Shown here piece by piece: positions 1-11,500 of a stretch of DNA of 42,621 bases. Location: the NCBI GenBank assembly GCA_043804515.1, contig JAZDIZ010000005.1:1-42621 (forward strand). The letters are read 5' to 3'. The notes beneath the pieces are model-generated. The model was not told the DNA's origin. It searched no databases and saw only the letters and a list, made by a program, of their open reading frames with translations. The translations under genes were made by a program, and so were the position numbers. The stretch's first letter is position 1. The number at the start of each line of letters is the position of its first letter. Source of the DNA: Pseudomonadota bacterium. GTDB taxonomy: Bacteria; Bdellovibrionota_G; JALEGL01; DATDPG01.

Positions 1-656
1 TTGATCCGGAAGTACGTGGACAGCTCCATCGGGCAGCGCACCGTCTTCGGGACGTAGGCGAACGAGCCGTCGCTGAAAACGGCCGCATTGAGAGCGGCGA
101 AATAGTTGTCCGTGTGCGGGACGACGGTTCCGAGGTATTTCCGGATGAGATCGGGGTGCTCTTTCACGGCATCGGAGAAGGAGCAGAAGATGATCCCCAG
201 ATCCTTTAGCTTCTCTTTGAACGTTGTGGCGACGGAAACACTGTCGAAGACGGCGTCCACAGCCACTCCGGCCAGCATCTCCCGCTCTTTGAGAGGGATT
301 CCGAGCTTCTCGTACGTTTTCAAAAGCTCCGGATCGATCTCTCCGTTTCCGTTCCCCTCTTCTTTCCGTTTGGGGGCGGAGTAATAGATGATCTTCTGAT
401 AGTCGATGGGCGGGTATTTCACGTTAGCCCAGGTGGGTTCCTTCATCGTGAGCCAATGCCGGTAGGCCTTGAGCCTCCACTCCAGCATGAACTCCGGCTC
501 GTTCTTTTTTTTCGAGATGAAGCGGATGATGTTTTCGCTTAGTCCCGGCGGCGCGGCGTCCGCCTCGATATCCGTGACGAAGCCGTAGCGATATTCACGC
601 TTCGCGAAATCTTTGAAGGCTTTGTTGATCTCAGGCACGGCTCTCGTCTCCTTCAT
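1..656 (-). CDS. sufB: Fe-S cluster assembly protein SufB, N-terminal part (runs off the window)
   Basis: Not in the ORF track. Manual translation gives [90 protein letters not shown], a typical SufB N-terminus. Start is ATG 656 (ATGA overlap with the Rrf2 stop) or GTG 638 after AAGGAG. Confidence 0.93.
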   Translation of the reverse strand, partial: MKETRAVPEINKAFKDFAKREYRYGFVTDIEADAAPPGLSENIIRFISKKKNEPEFMLEWRLKAYRHWLTMKEPTWANVKYPPIDYQKIIYYSAPKRKEEGNGNGEIDPELLKTYEKLGIPLKEREMLAGVAVDAVFDSVSVATTFKEKLKDLGIIFCSFSDAVKEHPDLIRKYLGTVVPHTDNYFAALNAAVFSDGSFAYVPKTVRCPMELSTYFRI

Positions 657-1099
657 CGTCCCGTCCACACAGGCAGGGCTCCGTTCGATCCTTGTGCGCT
701 TTCGGCCATGTTGGACAGCGCGATTTTCTGAAGGGCGTCATAGATGGCGGCATTGATCAGGTGCCAATGGGGTCGGGTGGGGCAGTGCGACTCCTGATCA
801 CAGGCGCCGTCCGCGATGTTGCACTCGGTCACGGCGATCGGGCCTTCCAGGGCGGCGATGATCTCGGCAATCGTGATTCGCTCCGGCGGCCTGGCGAGCG
901 TGTAACCCCCGTTCGCTCCGCGATGGGATGCAAGGAGCCCTCTTTTCGTCAGGAGCTTGAGGAGCTTGCCGACGGTCGGGAAGGGAAGCTGCGTGCTCTG
1001 AGCCACGTCCCGCGCGTTCATAGCCGCAAGTTCCGGGTGGCTCGCGAAATGGCGCAGCACAACGAACCCGTAATCCGTCAATCTGGACAACCGGATCAT
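653..1099 (-). CDS. Rrf2/IscR-family SUF system regulator
   Basis: [24 protein letters not shown] wHTH motif, three Cys plus His ([22 protein letters not shown]), directly upstream of sufB. Confidence 0.92.
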   Translation of the reverse strand: MIRLSRLTDYGFVVLRHFASHPELAAMNARDVAQSTQLPFPTVGKLLKLLTKRGLLASHRGANGGYTLARPPERITIAEIIAALEGPIAVTECNIADGACDQESHCPTRPHWHLINAAIYDALQKIALSNMAESAQGSNGALPVWTGR

Positions 1100-1114
1100 A
1101 AAAAAGGCCCTCTA

Positions 1115-1141
1115 AATAGGACCATTCTAGTCCCATATCAA
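1115..1141 (-). promoter_or_regulatory. Putative Rrf2 operator overlapping a sigma-70 promoter
   Basis: Imperfect inverted repeat ATAGGAC-cattcta-GTCCCAT; minus strand reads TTGATA-17 nt-TATTTA upstream of the Rrf2 ATG. Confidence 0.5.
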
Positions 1142-1292
1142 GTAAAATCATAGAGCCGCAAAACGGGGACAGTCCCCCGGAAACGACTCGTCGTCAACGA
1201 GCTAAGCTCTCAATATCATTGAAAAATATTGGCGCCGCGGAATTAAGTGCCCGAATTGACACGCCAAAGTGCGTGCCTATACACTGCGAGAA

Positions 1293-1862
1293 ATGATCAA
1301 ATTCACCGACAAGGCCAAGGAGAAGATCCTCTCGTTCATGGGGGATAAATCAAAAAACAGCGTCCTGAGGGTCGGCATCTCAGGGCGGAATCTGAACGGA
1401 TTTTCGTATCAGTTCTTTCTGGAAGGGGAGAAAGACCAGCGGCCAAACGATGCCGTGTACGACATGGGCTCGTTTCAGGTCCGGACGGATTCCGAAAACA
1501 CAAAAGATCTAGAGGGAGCCTCAGTAGACTGGGCGGAGGATTCTTCGGGTTCCGGGTTCAAAGTGGAAAACCCGAATTCACCGATGCCCCATCTCAACAC
1601 GGAGCAGGCCCGGAAGATTCAGGACTTTCTGGATGCCGAGATCAATCCTTCGCTGGCCTCGCACGGAGGCGGGGCGGACCTTGTGGATCTGCGGGACAAC
1701 AAAGCATACTTGAAAATGGGAGGTGGCTGCCAGGGATGCGGAATGGCCAATGCTACGCTCAAGACCGGGATCGAAGCGCGCCTTCGGGAGGCCTTTCCCG
1801 AGCTCGCCGGCGTGGTGGACGTGACCGACCACGCGCACGGTGAAAATCCGTATTTCAAATAA
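1293..1862 (+). CDS. nfuA: Fe-S biogenesis protein NfuA (degenerate HesB/IscA domain plus NifU-C domain)
   Basis: MIKFTDKAKEKI start, GFKVENPN, and INPSLASHGG...MGGGCQGC CxxC motif. ATG 1293 preferred; TTGACA 1256-1261 and TACACT 1280-1285 lie upstream. Confidence 0.9.
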   Translation: MIKFTDKAKEKILSFMGDKSKNSVLRVGISGRNLNGFSYQFFLEGEKDQRPNDAVYDMGSFQVRTDSENTKDLEGASVDWAEDSSGSGFKVENPNSPMPHLNTEQARKIQDFLDAEINPSLASHGGGADLVDLRDNKAYLKMGGGCQGCGMANATLKTGIEARLREAFPELAGVVDVTDHAHGENPYFK

Positions 1863-1892
1863 AACACTGACGGTCTCCGAATAGCCGACGCA

Positions 1893-2219
1893 ATGAAATT
1901 TCGTGAGAAAGATGTCGCCGTTGAGCGCCTGAAAGGTTCAGGGCCGGGTGGCCAGCGTAGGAACAAACGCGAGACCGGCGTGCGTCTGACTCACGGACCG
2001 ACGGGAATCGTCGTGTCAGCGACGGAGGAGCGCTCTCAGGCCTTGAACCTCCTCATCGCCCGGCGCAGGCTTGAAGAAAGACTCACGAAGCTTTTTCGCA
2101 AAAGGAAGAAGAGAATCCCGACCGTGGTTTCACGGGCGGCACGCGCGCGTCGGTTGGAAGGGAAACGCGCGCACTCTCAGACAAAGGCGATGCGCAAACC
2201 CGTCAGCGCCGAAGATTAG
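1893..2219 (+). CDS. Peptide chain release factor-like ribosome rescue protein (ArfB/YaeJ type)
   Basis: GSGPGGQ motif, VRLTHGPTGIVV, ERSQALN and a basic C-terminal tail; no codon-recognition domain. Confidence 0.85.
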   Translation: MKFREKDVAVERLKGSGPGGQRRNKRETGVRLTHGPTGIVVSATEERSQALNLLIARRRLEERLTKLFRKRKKRIPTVVSRAARARRLEGKRAHSQTKAMRKPVSAED

Positions 2220-2236
2220 ATTCGCTTTTTTGAAAA

Positions 2237-2842
2237 CTACGCCGATGCGGCGGCCGGCGTACTTTTGACCTCTTGCTTCTCATTGGGATCGAAGCATTTC
2301 CGGCAACGCGCCTCGTAGGTCTCCGTGCCCCCTACGACCACCCGTTCCTGGCTCTTTACCAGACGCTGGCTCCGGTTTGCGGGGTTGCCGCACACCATGC
2401 AGATCGCGAGGCTCTTGGTGATGTACTCCGCTATCGCCAGAAGCTGTGGGATCGGTTCAAACGGAACTCCCCGATAGTCCTGATCCAGGCCCGATACGAT
2501 CACGCGCTTGCCCTGGTTCGCGAGATCTTCGCAGACTCCGACCAGATCCATGCCCAGGAACTGACCTTCATCGATGCCGACGACTTCGTAATCCCGCGCA
2601 AGGGAGAGGATCTCCTTTGCCGTGCGCACCGGTACGGCTTCAATCTTCCGCTGATCGTGGCTTACCACGTGGTTCGATCCGTAACGGTCGTCCATCATGG
2701 GCTTGAACAAAATCACCTTCTGCCGCGCGATCTGGGCCCGCCGGATCCGGCGGATGAGTTCCTCGGTCTTTCCGGAGAACATGCTGCCACAGACCACTTC
2801 GATCCAGCCGGTGTCGTTGGGTTCGGAATGAAGCATCATCAA
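2237..2842 (-). CDS. tdk: Thymidine kinase
   Basis: [15 protein letters not shown]-loop, [14 protein letters not shown], Zn-binding CMVCG...CRKC. Confidence 0.96.
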   Translation of the reverse strand: MMMLHSEPNDTGWIEVVCGSMFSGKTEELIRRIRRAQIARQKVILFKPMMDDRYGSNHVVSHDQRKIEAVPVRTAKEILSLARDYEVVGIDEGQFLGMDLVGVCEDLANQGKRVIVSGLDQDYRGVPFEPIPQLLAIAEYITKSLAICMVCGNPANRSQRLVKSQERVVVGGTETYEARCRKCFDPNEKQEVKSTPAAASA

Positions 2843-2900
2843 CTACCCCCTCGCGTGCAGGTCTACCACGAAGGCGCCGAAATCGGGAATCGGATTTTGC

Positions 2901-3755
2901 CTAAAAAGAAACGCCGCGGGCCATGGCCTGCAGGCGCGCGATCCGCTCCTCGGTGGGCGGGTGTGTTCGGAACAGCTTCAGAATACCGCCGCCCGTCAGC
3001 GGGTTCACGATGAACATGTGGGCTGTAGCGGGTTTCGCGTCCATCGGCATGGCCTGTACACCTTGCTCCAGTTTTGCAAGCGCGCCGGCGAGATAAAGAG
3101 GATGCCCGCAGAGCTTGGCGCCGCTCGCGTCCGCGTCGTACTCGCGGGAGCGGGAGATAGCCATCTGGATCAACATGGCGGCCAGCGGTGCCAGGATCAT
3201 AAGGAGTAGGGCGGCGAGAGGGTTTCCGCGGTCGCGGTTGTCGTCCCGGCCTCCTCCGAAGATCATCGCCCATCGGGCCATGCTGGCCAGCACGGAGATC
3301 GCCCCGGCAAATGTCGCGGCGATCGAGCCGATCAGGATATCCCGGTGCTTTACGTGACTCAGTTCGTGACCCAGAACGCCGCTCAGCTCGTTCCGGTCCA
3401 GAATTTTTAATATTCCTTCCGTAACCGCCACCACCGCATGCTGGGGATTCCGCCCCGTAGCGAACGCGTTCGGCGCGTCGGTGGGGATGACGAAGATCCT
3501 AGGCATCGGAATTTGCGCTCTCTGCACGAGGGCGCGCACGATCGAGTGGATCTCCGGTGCTTCGGCTTCCGTAACGGGTTTGGCGCCGTACATCGCGAGA
3601 ACGATCTTGTCCGAGAACCAATAGGAGAAGAAGTTCGTGGCGACGGCGATGAAAAATGCCCAGATCATGCCGTTCTGCCCTCCGATTGCCCCCCCGATGT
3701 AAACGAAGAGAACGGTCAGAAGCGCCATCAAGAATGTGGTCTTAAATACGTTCAT
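2901..3755 (-). CDS. htpX: Zinc metalloprotease HtpX (M48)
   Basis: [20 protein letters not shown] (HExxH), [20 protein letters not shown]. Confidence 0.96.
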   Translation of the reverse strand: MNVFKTTFLMALLTVLFVYIGGAIGGQNGMIWAFFIAVATNFFSYWFSDKIVLAMYGAKPVTEAEAPEIHSIVRALVQRAQIPMPRIFVIPTDAPNAFATGRNPQHAVVAVTEGILKILDRNELSGVLGHELSHVKHRDILIGSIAATFAGAISVLASMARWAMIFGGGRDDNRDRGNPLAALLLMILAPLAAMLIQMAISRSREYDADASGAKLCGHPLYLAGALAKLEQGVQAMPMDAKPATAHMFIVNPLTGGGILKLFRTHPPTEERIARLQAMARGVSF

Positions 3756-3808
3756 AGCGGCGGGTTATATAGACACGGTACATCCCATTGTCCAGATGGC
3801 CAAAAGAC

Positions 3809-3841
3809 CCGGAAACCGGCGTCCGGACTCCGGTATCCGGA
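3809..3841. repeat. 7-bp-period CCGGnnn tandem repeat
   Basis: CCGG at 3809, 3816, 3823, 3830 and 3837. Confidence 0.7.
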
Positions 3842-3845
3842 GGGA

Positions 3846-4598
3846 CTACTTAGCGAACATTTTGAAGACGTCCAGTGGGATGGGGAGGACGGTCTTCGTG
3901 TTCTGCTGGGAGGAGACCTCCACCATGACTTGCATATATCGCAGCTGCAACGCGATCGGGTTTCTCGCGATGATCTCGGCGGCCTCGCCCAGCTTTGTGG
4001 AGGCCTGGAGCTCGCCCTCGGCGTGGATGACCTTGGCCCTGCGTTCGCGTTCGGCCTCGGCCTGGCGGGCCATCGCCCGTTGCATTTCCTGCGGAAGATC
4101 GATGTGCTTCACTTCCACATTGCTGACCTTGATTCCCCAGTTGCCTGACGCCTGGTCCAGGATGCTCTGCAGTTCGCGGTTGATCTTGTCGCGCTCGCTC
4201 AAAAGCTGATCCAGATCGTGTTGGCCCAGGATCGATCGCAGCGTGGTTTGCGCCAGTTGGCTCGTGGCATAGAGATAATCTTCTACCTGCACGATGGCGT
4301 GCATCGGGTCCATCACGCGGAAATAGACGACCGCGTTGACCTTCAACGAAACGTTGTCCTTCGTGATGACATCCTGAGGAGGAACGTCCATGACGACCGT
4401 TCGAAGGCTGACCTTAAGAAGTTTGTCGATAAACGGCACGATCCAGCGAAGGCCGGCCAACTTAACCCCGCGGGCCCGGCCGAGGCGGAACACGACACCC
4501 CGCTCGTATTCCATGATGACGTAGATGCCGCGCATGAGGAAAATGATGACAATGGCAGCGATAATGAGAAAACCGTTTAATCCGATTCCGAAGAACAT
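3846..4598 (-). CDS. SPFH/stomatin-like (slipin) protein
   Basis: [44 protein letters not shown]. Confidence 0.95.
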   Translation of the reverse strand: MFFGIGLNGFLIIAAIVIIFLMRGIYVIMEYERGVVFRLGRARGVKLAGLRWIVPFIDKLLKVSLRTVVMDVPPQDVITKDNVSLKVNAVVYFRVMDPMHAIVQVEDYLYATSQLAQTTLRSILGQHDLDQLLSERDKINRELQSILDQASGNWGIKVSNVEVKHIDLPQEMQRAMARQAEAERERRAKVIHAEGELQASTKLGEAAEIIARNPIALQLRYMQVMVEVSSQQNTKTVLPIPLDVFKMFAK

Positions 4599-4607
4599 AA
4601 ATTCCTC

Positions 4608-5915
4608 CTAGACCTTTCGAACGTGTGCTTTAAGACCGTTAAAACCCACTACGATGACTTTTTCCCCTGTGGGGATTTCCTGGTCCGCAAAAGCGTTCCA
4701 ATATTCTCCGTTTATCAAGATCCGTCCACCTTTATCCGGCCGGATCGTGGCATCCACCACGGCTTGGCTTCCGATCATCCCTTCGCTTCCGGCGGTCTGG
4801 CGGATCCGGAACATCTTGCCGACGGCGATCGCAATTATCGTAGCGACGGCGCCGAAGCCCAGGGCCGTTGACACGATGATCCCCTTGGGGACACGGACGT
4901 CCGTCTGCGAGCGGTCGAAGAGAAGGAGCGCACCGACGATAAACGCCAAAATCCCGCCGACAGCCAGGATGCCGAACGACGTGACGTACAATTCGATGAA
5001 CAGAAGGACGAAACCCAAAATCACAAGACCCACGCCGATCGTCGTGATGGGCAGGACGCTGTTAGCGAACATGACGAGGATGATCGCGACGCCCGCCAGG
5101 ACCGCCGGCAGAATCAACCCGGGATGGGACATTTCAATATAGAGGCCCATCCCCGCCACCATGATCAGGAGAAACATGATCGTGGGGTTGGCCAGCCAGT
5201 TCTTGAACTTGGTCATCGTGTCGGCGTTGAATTCCACGATCTGTGCGGTCTTCGTATCCAATTTGTGGGACTTCGTGGCCAGGACGATCGTGCGGCCGTC
5301 CGCCTTTTCCAGAACCTCCTTGTCGGTCTTCGCAATGAAATCAATCACGTTGAGCTTAAGCGCCTCATCCTCGGTGATCGCCGCGCTTTCCACGACCGCC
5401 TTCTTGGCCCACTCACCGTTCCGATGCCGCTGGCGGGCGATCGAATCCATAAACGCCACGGTGTCGTTCTCCACCTTTTGCGCCAGGTGCTTGCCCCCTT
5501 CTTTTTCCGGATCACTGCCCGTGGCTGAAATCGGATGAGCCGCGCCGATGTTTGTGCCGGGAGCCATCGCAGCGACGTGAGCCGCCATTGTAATGAACGT
5601 CCCAGCCGAACCTGCGTGCGCACCCCGGGGTGATACGAACACGATCACCGGGATATCCGTATTGAGGAACAGCTTCACGATGTCGCGCGTGGCGTCCAAC
5701 ATGCCCCCGGGCGTGTCCAGTTCGATCAGGAGGGCTTCCGCTTTCTTCTCTTTGACCGATTCCAACGCCCGCTCGATCAGACCGGTGGTTCCGGAATGAA
5801 TCGTCCCGTCAATGGTGAGTTTGATGACCTGAGAGGCGAGGGCGGGAGCCGGAGCAAGGGAACTTAGAGCGACCCACAGAAAAACAGGAGAAATTCGAAG
5901 CACGAGCGATTTCAT
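4608..5915 (-). CDS. nfeD: NfeD-family membrane-bound serine protease (long form)
   Basis: LDTPGG, AGSAGTFI, APGTNIGAAHP, TM helices and a C-terminal OB fold (GEYWNA); adjacent to the SPFH gene. Confidence 0.93.
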   Translation of the reverse strand: MKSLVLRISPVFLWVALSSLAPAPALASQVIKLTIDGTIHSGTTGLIERALESVKEKKAEALLIELDTPGGMLDATRDIVKLFLNTDIPVIVFVSPRGAHAGSAGTFITMAAHVAAMAPGTNIGAAHPISATGSDPEKEGGKHLAQKVENDTVAFMDSIARQRHRNGEWAKKAVVESAAITEDEALKLNVIDFIAKTDKEVLEKADGRTIVLATKSHKLDTKTAQIVEFNADTMTKFKNWLANPTIMFLLIMVAGMGLYIEMSHPGLILPAVLAGVAIILVMFANSVLPITTIGVGLVILGFVLLFIELYVTSFGILAVGGILAFIVGALLLFDRSQTDVRVPKGIIVSTALGFGAVATIIAIAVGKMFRIRQTAGSEGMIGSQAVVDATIRPDKGGRILINGEYWNAFADQEIPTGEKVIVVGFNGLKAHVRKV

Positions 5916-6100
5916 GAGGCGGTAGGGTTAAACCGAGCTGTAGAGGTTGTAAAGCTCGATCCAGGCGCCCGATTTGAATGCAAGCACTTCAAAAAGTGTA
6001 AACATAAGTTCCTGTTAAAGAATCAACAGTTGCATATAGTTATTGAATATATGTAATATAATGTTTAGAACGGAATCCATCTCTGCCTCGAGAGGTTCCT

Positions 6101-7129
6101 ATGACTCTGAATGCGAAAACCCGCCGCTTCGAAAACATCAAGTTCCTGTACGTCGACGACGAACCCGACAACCTCGAAGCCTTCGAAATCACCTGCTCGG
6201 ACGACTTTGAAGTTCTGACGGCTGCGGATCCGATCGCCGCCCTTGAAACCGTTCGAAACGAACCGGACCTGGCCGTGGTTTTGGTCGACCAGATCATGCC
6301 GAGGATGACGGGACTTCAGTTCGCCGTGGAGGCGAAGAAGATCCGGCCCGCGCTTACATTCATCATGATCACGGGCAACGCCACCAAACAGCTGGCGGTG
6401 GATTCGATCCGCAGCAAAGTGATCTGGGAGTTTTTGGAGAAGCCGGTCAGTTTCGGATCGCCGGAAACGAGACAACTCTTCGTCTCGGCGGTTCAGCAGC
6501 ATCTCTTGGAAAAAGTGAAGCTGGAGTACCACGAGGGGACAATCCGCCTCATCTCTCAACTGATCGACGATAAGGACGGGCACACGCGCCGCCACTCGGA
6601 GCGGGTGACCGATTGGTCGATGAAGATCGCCAAGAAATTCGATTTAAGCGAGCGGGAAATGATCATGGTGTACGAAGGGGCTCTCCTGCACGATATCGGA
6701 AAAATCAGCATCCCGGACGATATCCTAAAGAAGCCGGGACGCCTGACGGAATTGGAGCGGAAGATCATCATGACCCATCCCGCTCGCGGGGGGGATTTGT
6801 TGGAGAGCGTTCCCCAGCTCAAGGAGCTGGCGCCGATCGCCCGCTACCACCACGAACGGCCGGACGGCACCGGGTATCCGCAAGGCCTCAAAGGGACGCA
6901 GATTCCGCTCGTGTCCAGCATCGTGGCGATCGCGGACTTCTTCGAAGCCTTGAGCGCCAAGCGGCCTTACAAAGAGGCGTGGGCCATCTCCGACATCGCG
7001 GCCGAGATCGCCCGTGTGCGGGGCCAGCAGTTCCCCGAGGAAGTCGTGGACGCTCTTTTCGCCGTCTTGGCCGAAGAGGGCCTCATCGAAAAAGAGAAGG
7101 TCGCGAAATTCCAAAAAACCGCCGCCTAA
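6101..7129 (+). CDS. Response regulator with HD-GYP cyclic dinucleotide phosphodiesterase domain
   Basis: REC motifs YVDDE, VDQIMP, ITG and EKP; HD-GYP motifs HSERV, LLHDIGK, HHERPDGTGYP and KRPYK. Confidence 0.92.
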   Translation: MTLNAKTRRFENIKFLYVDDEPDNLEAFEITCSDDFEVLTAADPIAALETVRNEPDLAVVLVDQIMPRMTGLQFAVEAKKIRPALTFIMITGNATKQLAVDSIRSKVIWEFLEKPVSFGSPETRQLFVSAVQQHLLEKVKLEYHEGTIRLISQLIDDKDGHTRRHSERVTDWSMKIAKKFDLSEREMIMVYEGALLHDIGKISIPDDILKKPGRLTELERKIIMTHPARGGDLLESVPQLKELAPIARYHHERPDGTGYPQGLKGTQIPLVSSIVAIADFFEALSAKRPYKEAWAISDIAAEIARVRGQQFPEEVVDALFAVLAEEGLIEKEKVAKFQKTAA

Positions 7130-7141
7130 ACACCTCGTCCC

Positions 7142-7858
7142 TTATTTGAAAAAAGCGAATCTGAAGATGTGGTAGACGGCGCTGAGGCCGTCGGACCAGT
7201 TGATCTTCTTGCCCTGGGCGTAGGTTCGGCCGTTGTAGGAAACCGAAACCTCATAAAAACGGAGACCTTGCTTGGCGGCTTTGATTGTAATTTCAGGCTC
7301 GATGGAGAAGCGGTCCGACCGGAGGGGGATTTTCTTAAGATCGGAGGCCCGGAACATCTTGTAACAACTTTCGATATCGCTGAAGTTGACGTTCGTGACC
7401 ATGTTGGTGAGCCACGTGATGATCCGATTCCCGAGCTGGTGCCAGTAGAACAGGAGCCGCCGCTCCTCCCCACCGGCGAACCGGGATCCGTAAACCGCGT
7501 CGGCTTTGCCTTGTTTCAGCGGGAGAAGCATTTTATCCAGATCCGCGGGGTCGTATTCCAGGTCGGCATCGTGAAAGCCGATGAATTCCCCCGCCGCCTC
7601 TTCGATCCCTTTTCGGATGGCCGCGCCCTTTCCGCGGTTGCGGGGGAACTCGACGAGCCGGAAACCCAAATCGGTTTGAAGGCGCCGGAGGAGTTCCCGG
7701 CTCCCGTCGGTGGAGCCGTCATCCACGACGATGATTTCCCTTGTGGGAGCATGTTCGAGCCGCGTGGAGATAAGCCGACGGAGCGACTTCTCCACGAATT
7801 CGTGCTCGTTGAAGACCGGGACGATCACACTCAGCGTCGGCTTGGAGGGGGAACTCAT
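7142..7858 (-). CDS. Glycosyltransferase family 2 (DPM1-like)
   Basis: SVIVPVFNE, VDDGSTDGS, NRGKGAA, DADLEYDP, YGSRF. Confidence 0.92.
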   Translation of the reverse strand: MSSPSKPTLSVIVPVFNEHEFVEKSLRRLISTRLEHAPTREIIVVDDGSTDGSRELLRRLQTDLGFRLVEFPRNRGKGAAIRKGIEEAAGEFIGFHDADLEYDPADLDKMLLPLKQGKADAVYGSRFAGGEERRLLFYWHQLGNRIITWLTNMVTNVNFSDIESCYKMFRASDLKKIPLRSDRFSIEPEITIKAAKQGLRFYEVSVSYNGRTYAQGKKINWSDGLSAVYHIFRFAFFK

Positions 7859-7867
7859 CTGATCTCT

Positions 7868-8140
7868 TTAAAAACCTCTATACACGTCCTTGCGGTGCCC
7901 GATCTTGATCACAAGAATCAGAAGCACCGCTTTCCGGATCTCGTAGACAACCCGGTAATCCCCGAGTCGAATCCGGAACAAATCCAGGCCCCCATGGAGC
8001 TTCCGGACCTGCAGGATCTCGGAATAAGGATTCTGCGCCAAAATCGCGAGGGCCTCGATCACTCGGTCCTGAACGCGAGCAGGGAGGGCGTCGAACTCCT
8101 TCTTGGCCGATTTGACGAATTCGACCCGATAACGAGTCAT
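7868..8140 (-). CDS. RelE/ParE-family toxin
   Basis: MTRYRVEFVKSAKKEFDAL...FRIRLGDYRVVYEI...IKIGHRKDVY; ATG 8140 overlaps the antitoxin stop (ATGA). Confidence 0.9.
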   Translation of the reverse strand: MTRYRVEFVKSAKKEFDALPARVQDRVIEALAILAQNPYSEILQVRKLHGGLDLFRIRLGDYRVVYEIRKAVLLILVIKIGHRKDVYRGF

Positions 8141-8361
8141 CGCCTGGACGGTTTCTTCCTGGATTTGAGAATTCGGGAGAGGGGGATCGTGTCCTCGTGC
8201 TTGCGGACCTCGTAGGCTTGAAGGTCGGCCTGATCTTCCAGGCATTCGATCAGTGCGTGTTCGATGAAGTGGCCGATCTTCAGTCCCCGGCTCTTACAGT
8301 ACCGGGAAACGGCCGCCTTGACCGGAGCCGAAAGCGTCGTGGAAAGGTTTGCGTTCTTCAT
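8137..8361 (-). CDS. Cognate antitoxin (RHH-like)
   Basis: Small ORF coupled upstream of relE; NLSTTLS...VSRYCKSRGLKIGHFIEHALIECLEDQADL. Start at 8361 or 8367. Confidence 0.75.
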   Translation of the reverse strand: MKNANLSTTLSAPVKAAVSRYCKSRGLKIGHFIEHALIECLEDQADLQAYEVRKHEDTIPLSRILKSRKKPSRR

Positions 8362-8368
8362 ATTCATT

Positions 8369-8397
8369 ATTTTTCGTGAAATATCATGAAAAGTCAA
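8369..8397 (-). promoter_or_regulatory. TA promoter with operator palindrome
   Basis: Minus strand TTGACT-17 nt-AAAAAT; inverted repeat TTTTCGTGA-aata-TCATGAAAA at 8371-8392. Confidence 0.6.
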
Positions 8398-8472
8398 CAT
8401 GCGGGCGGTTCGCTACTCAGTAGGGTGGTTATTGGAGTTTCGGCGTGTGTACGCAACACTCCCCAAGGACCG

Positions 8473-8558
8473 GCGCTCACCCATCGGACATCGGATGCGG
8501 CATGAGCCGAAAGCGGCTCACCCTCTACGCCGATAGCAATGACCCGCCGCGATTCCAT
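8473..8558 (-). pseudogene. 5' stump of a third copy of the NTPase-TPR gene
   Basis: Translates MESRRVIAIGVEGEPLSAHAASDVRWVSA and then diverges (stop at 8394-8396). DNA matches 14761-14846 (offset 6288) and 11674-11702 (offset 3144). Confidence 0.88.
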
Positions 8559-11500
8559 CTACTTTGCTCGTTCGGGCACTTTGTAGAGCGGGTGGTTCAT
8601 GAAATCGTTGAGATATTCCTTCGGAACGTTCTGCGCGATTCGCTCGCGCTCCTTGCCGTACTCGTCGCGGAGTTCGTCAGCCTCCTTGCATTTCTTGAGC
8701 GAGTCGAGCCACTTGATCCGGGCGACATAGCAGAGCTGGCGGAGCCAGGCGATCGGGCAGTCGCGTGGTTGAAGCTCTGGTGTCAGGCCATGTATGGGGT
8801 GTCCTCCCAGGGCTGCCAGTGCCATCGCTATGCCATGAAGGATGAATTGATGATCCAACCACCTTGTCCCCTGAGTGGCCGATGCCAAAGAATCAAACTC
8901 CCTGGTAATCTCATTGATCGGACGCAGCTTTCCCTCAGCTTCGATCTGAAGAGCGTTCATGAGAGCGCGGCCCGCACCGGAATGGTGGCCAATCGTCCTT
9001 CGGATCGCAGCCGCCTCACGGTACCTTGCCGCGGCGTCCATATACTTCCCTGTCAGATAGGAGAGAGAACCTCGGGTACCTTGGACCGATGCGTCAGCCC
9101 AGCGATCGTCTGAATGAGACAGGGTCTCGGAATGTTCGACCCAGAAACGATTCGCCGCTTCTGCTGCACCCAGGTCGATCAGATTGTCGAAGTAATTCAC
9201 GCAGGCAAACGTTTCCGTGGAGCGGTCGCGGATCTCGCGGGCTTCAAGAATCACCTGTCGGGCATCCGCCAGAGCAAGCTCGTAATCACCCGCCTCCAAG
9301 GCATGAACGCCGTGATTCATACGGCATCGGGCAGCCAGTTGTCGGAGTCCGGCTTCGCCGGCGATTTCGATCGCTCGACTTAGAATACCGATAGCCTCCC
9401 TGCCACGTCCCAGGCGTTCCAGTGTGGGGCCGAATCGCAGCATGACTTCAACCTGCACCGGGGCAGGCGTCTCGGGACGGATCAGCGACTGGGCTCTCCG
9501 CAGATATTCCAGGGCGTGCTCGGGGTTTCCCGTAGTTGTAATGGAGAAGGCCACGCGCGCCCACAATCGAATCTGGGCAGTGCGATACTTCTCGCCTTCA
9601 AACCGTTTCAACGCACGCAGGGTTTCATGAATTGCGTCGCGGTTCCGGCCGCCGTTCAAAAGCGCCTGAACCCGATCGTGCATCATTTCGATGACATGTT
9701 CTTCCAATGCCGGATCGGCCTGAAATTCGTGAAGAGCACGCTCGGACGCCTCCAGCGCTTTCTCCGAATCCGCTTTAAGGTTGAAAAACATTAGCTCTAA
9801 TCTTGCAAAGCGACCCCTGGATTCGTGATTGCTACCGATGCCCGCGAACGTCCACCGCTCAAAAAGCTGCGAAACCTCACCCAAATCGCCCACCATGATC
9901 GTGGAACGAACGAGCGGCTCGAACACCTCGTCAGCCGAAGGAACTGTGAGACGCAAGAGCTCCCACATTGTGGTCGCTGCGGAGAAGAATTGATGCGCTT
10001 TCAAAAAACGATGGAACTCAGTGGCCTGGCGACCTGCCTCAAGGATTGTCTTTATGGCTTCGGGGCTTGGAATGCCGGCGATGAAATGGTGTGCAATTCG
10101 ATCCAGTGCCTCGGATGATGCGGTACCGTGGCGTTTCAGCAGAAACTCACCGATCTCTGTGTGCCGGCGCTGGCGTGCTTCGAGAGAAACGCTCTCGTGA
10201 ATTACCTCAAAAATCAGATCATGCGTAAACCGCTGGATTCGTTTTGGAAATGCGCTCTTCTCCGCGAGGTAATTCCGATGGAAGAGTTCCTTCATGACGG
10301 CACTCAAATCTTGTGTCTGCTTAGAATCCAAAAAAACGGTTGCTTCGTCCGCTTCAAAAGAGGAGCCAAAGAGTGAAAGCCACTGCAAGACTTCTCGATG
10401 GGACTCGGGGAGTTTGTCGAAGCGAGATGCGATTAATGCGTGAAGCGTAGTGGGCATCTCGGCGTTAAGGGAACCGATCGGTTTGGCGTACCGAAAGCCT
10501 TCGGCATCCGTTTCAATAGCGAAGGAATTGGATTCCTTTTGTTGGCGGATGACCTCTTCAACGTAAAGAGGATTTCCCAGAGAAAGACGCTGTAGATCCC
10601 GACGGAGTTGAAGTGCGACGCGATCGACACCCAAGAGGGTGCCCGCGAATCGATCGATCTCATCTTCCCGAAGTGGAGCAGGCCGAATTTCGGTGTAGTT
10701 GAGCTTTTTTGTCCAGCGAGGTTCTAGATCTGGGCGATGGAGGAGGACCAAGAGAAGCCGCGTAGTTTCAAGTCCATCAAGAATGTATTCCATCAAATTG
10801 ATGGAGTGAGGATCCGCCCAGTGGAGATCCTCGAAAATAATGACGAGGGGCGTGCGCGCCGCACCACGGAGCAGCTTGCGGACGGCGAAGAACAGCCCTT
10901 GCCGGATTTCCTCCTCTTTCATTCCGACCAGGCGGTCGATCTTGGCGTTTGGCTCCAAGAAAACACGGAGAAAGTCTGTCTCGGCGTCCGTCATCTCCCA
11001 ACGGGATAGTGTCTGAATCCCGGGGCCGACGAGACCAACGACGACCTGACGAAAGCCTTCGTAAGGAGTGGCACGATGCGGTGAAAAGGAACCCTCAACA
11101 TATCGGGTCTGTCTTCGTGTCAGACTCTCTTTGAATTCCGCCAAGAGGCGCGTCTTGCCGATCCCCGCGTCGCCCACAATGTCGACGATCTGCCCTTGAT
11201 CTTCAGCAACTTGTTCTATAAGTTCCTCGAGCTGCTCAAGCTCCGTTGCGCGTCCGACAATGGGTACTAGTTCAGGTGTGAGACCCCTCAGACGTGAAGG
11301 ATCTGTTCGTTCACCCCGCAATAGGTAGATGCACTTTCCCGCTTCCTTTACGTATTCGAAAAGGAAGAGTCGTTCGTAGATCTTGGCCAGATTTGGACTA
11401 ACCGACGTGTCCCCCGCCTTTAGCGATTCGATCTCAGCGCCAAATTCAGCTTCCCAATTCAATTTGGGTTTCCCTCGCTCTAACTCAACGGCAATCTCTT

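Noticed and set aside
6049..6058. ATATGTAATA shared with 14986-14995 as a common regulator site
   Set aside because: Short match within AT-rich tracts; likely chance or generic IHF/UP-type sequence
7868..8245. 125-aa version of the RelE ORF
   Set aside because: The extension overlaps the antitoxin; homology starts at ATG 8140
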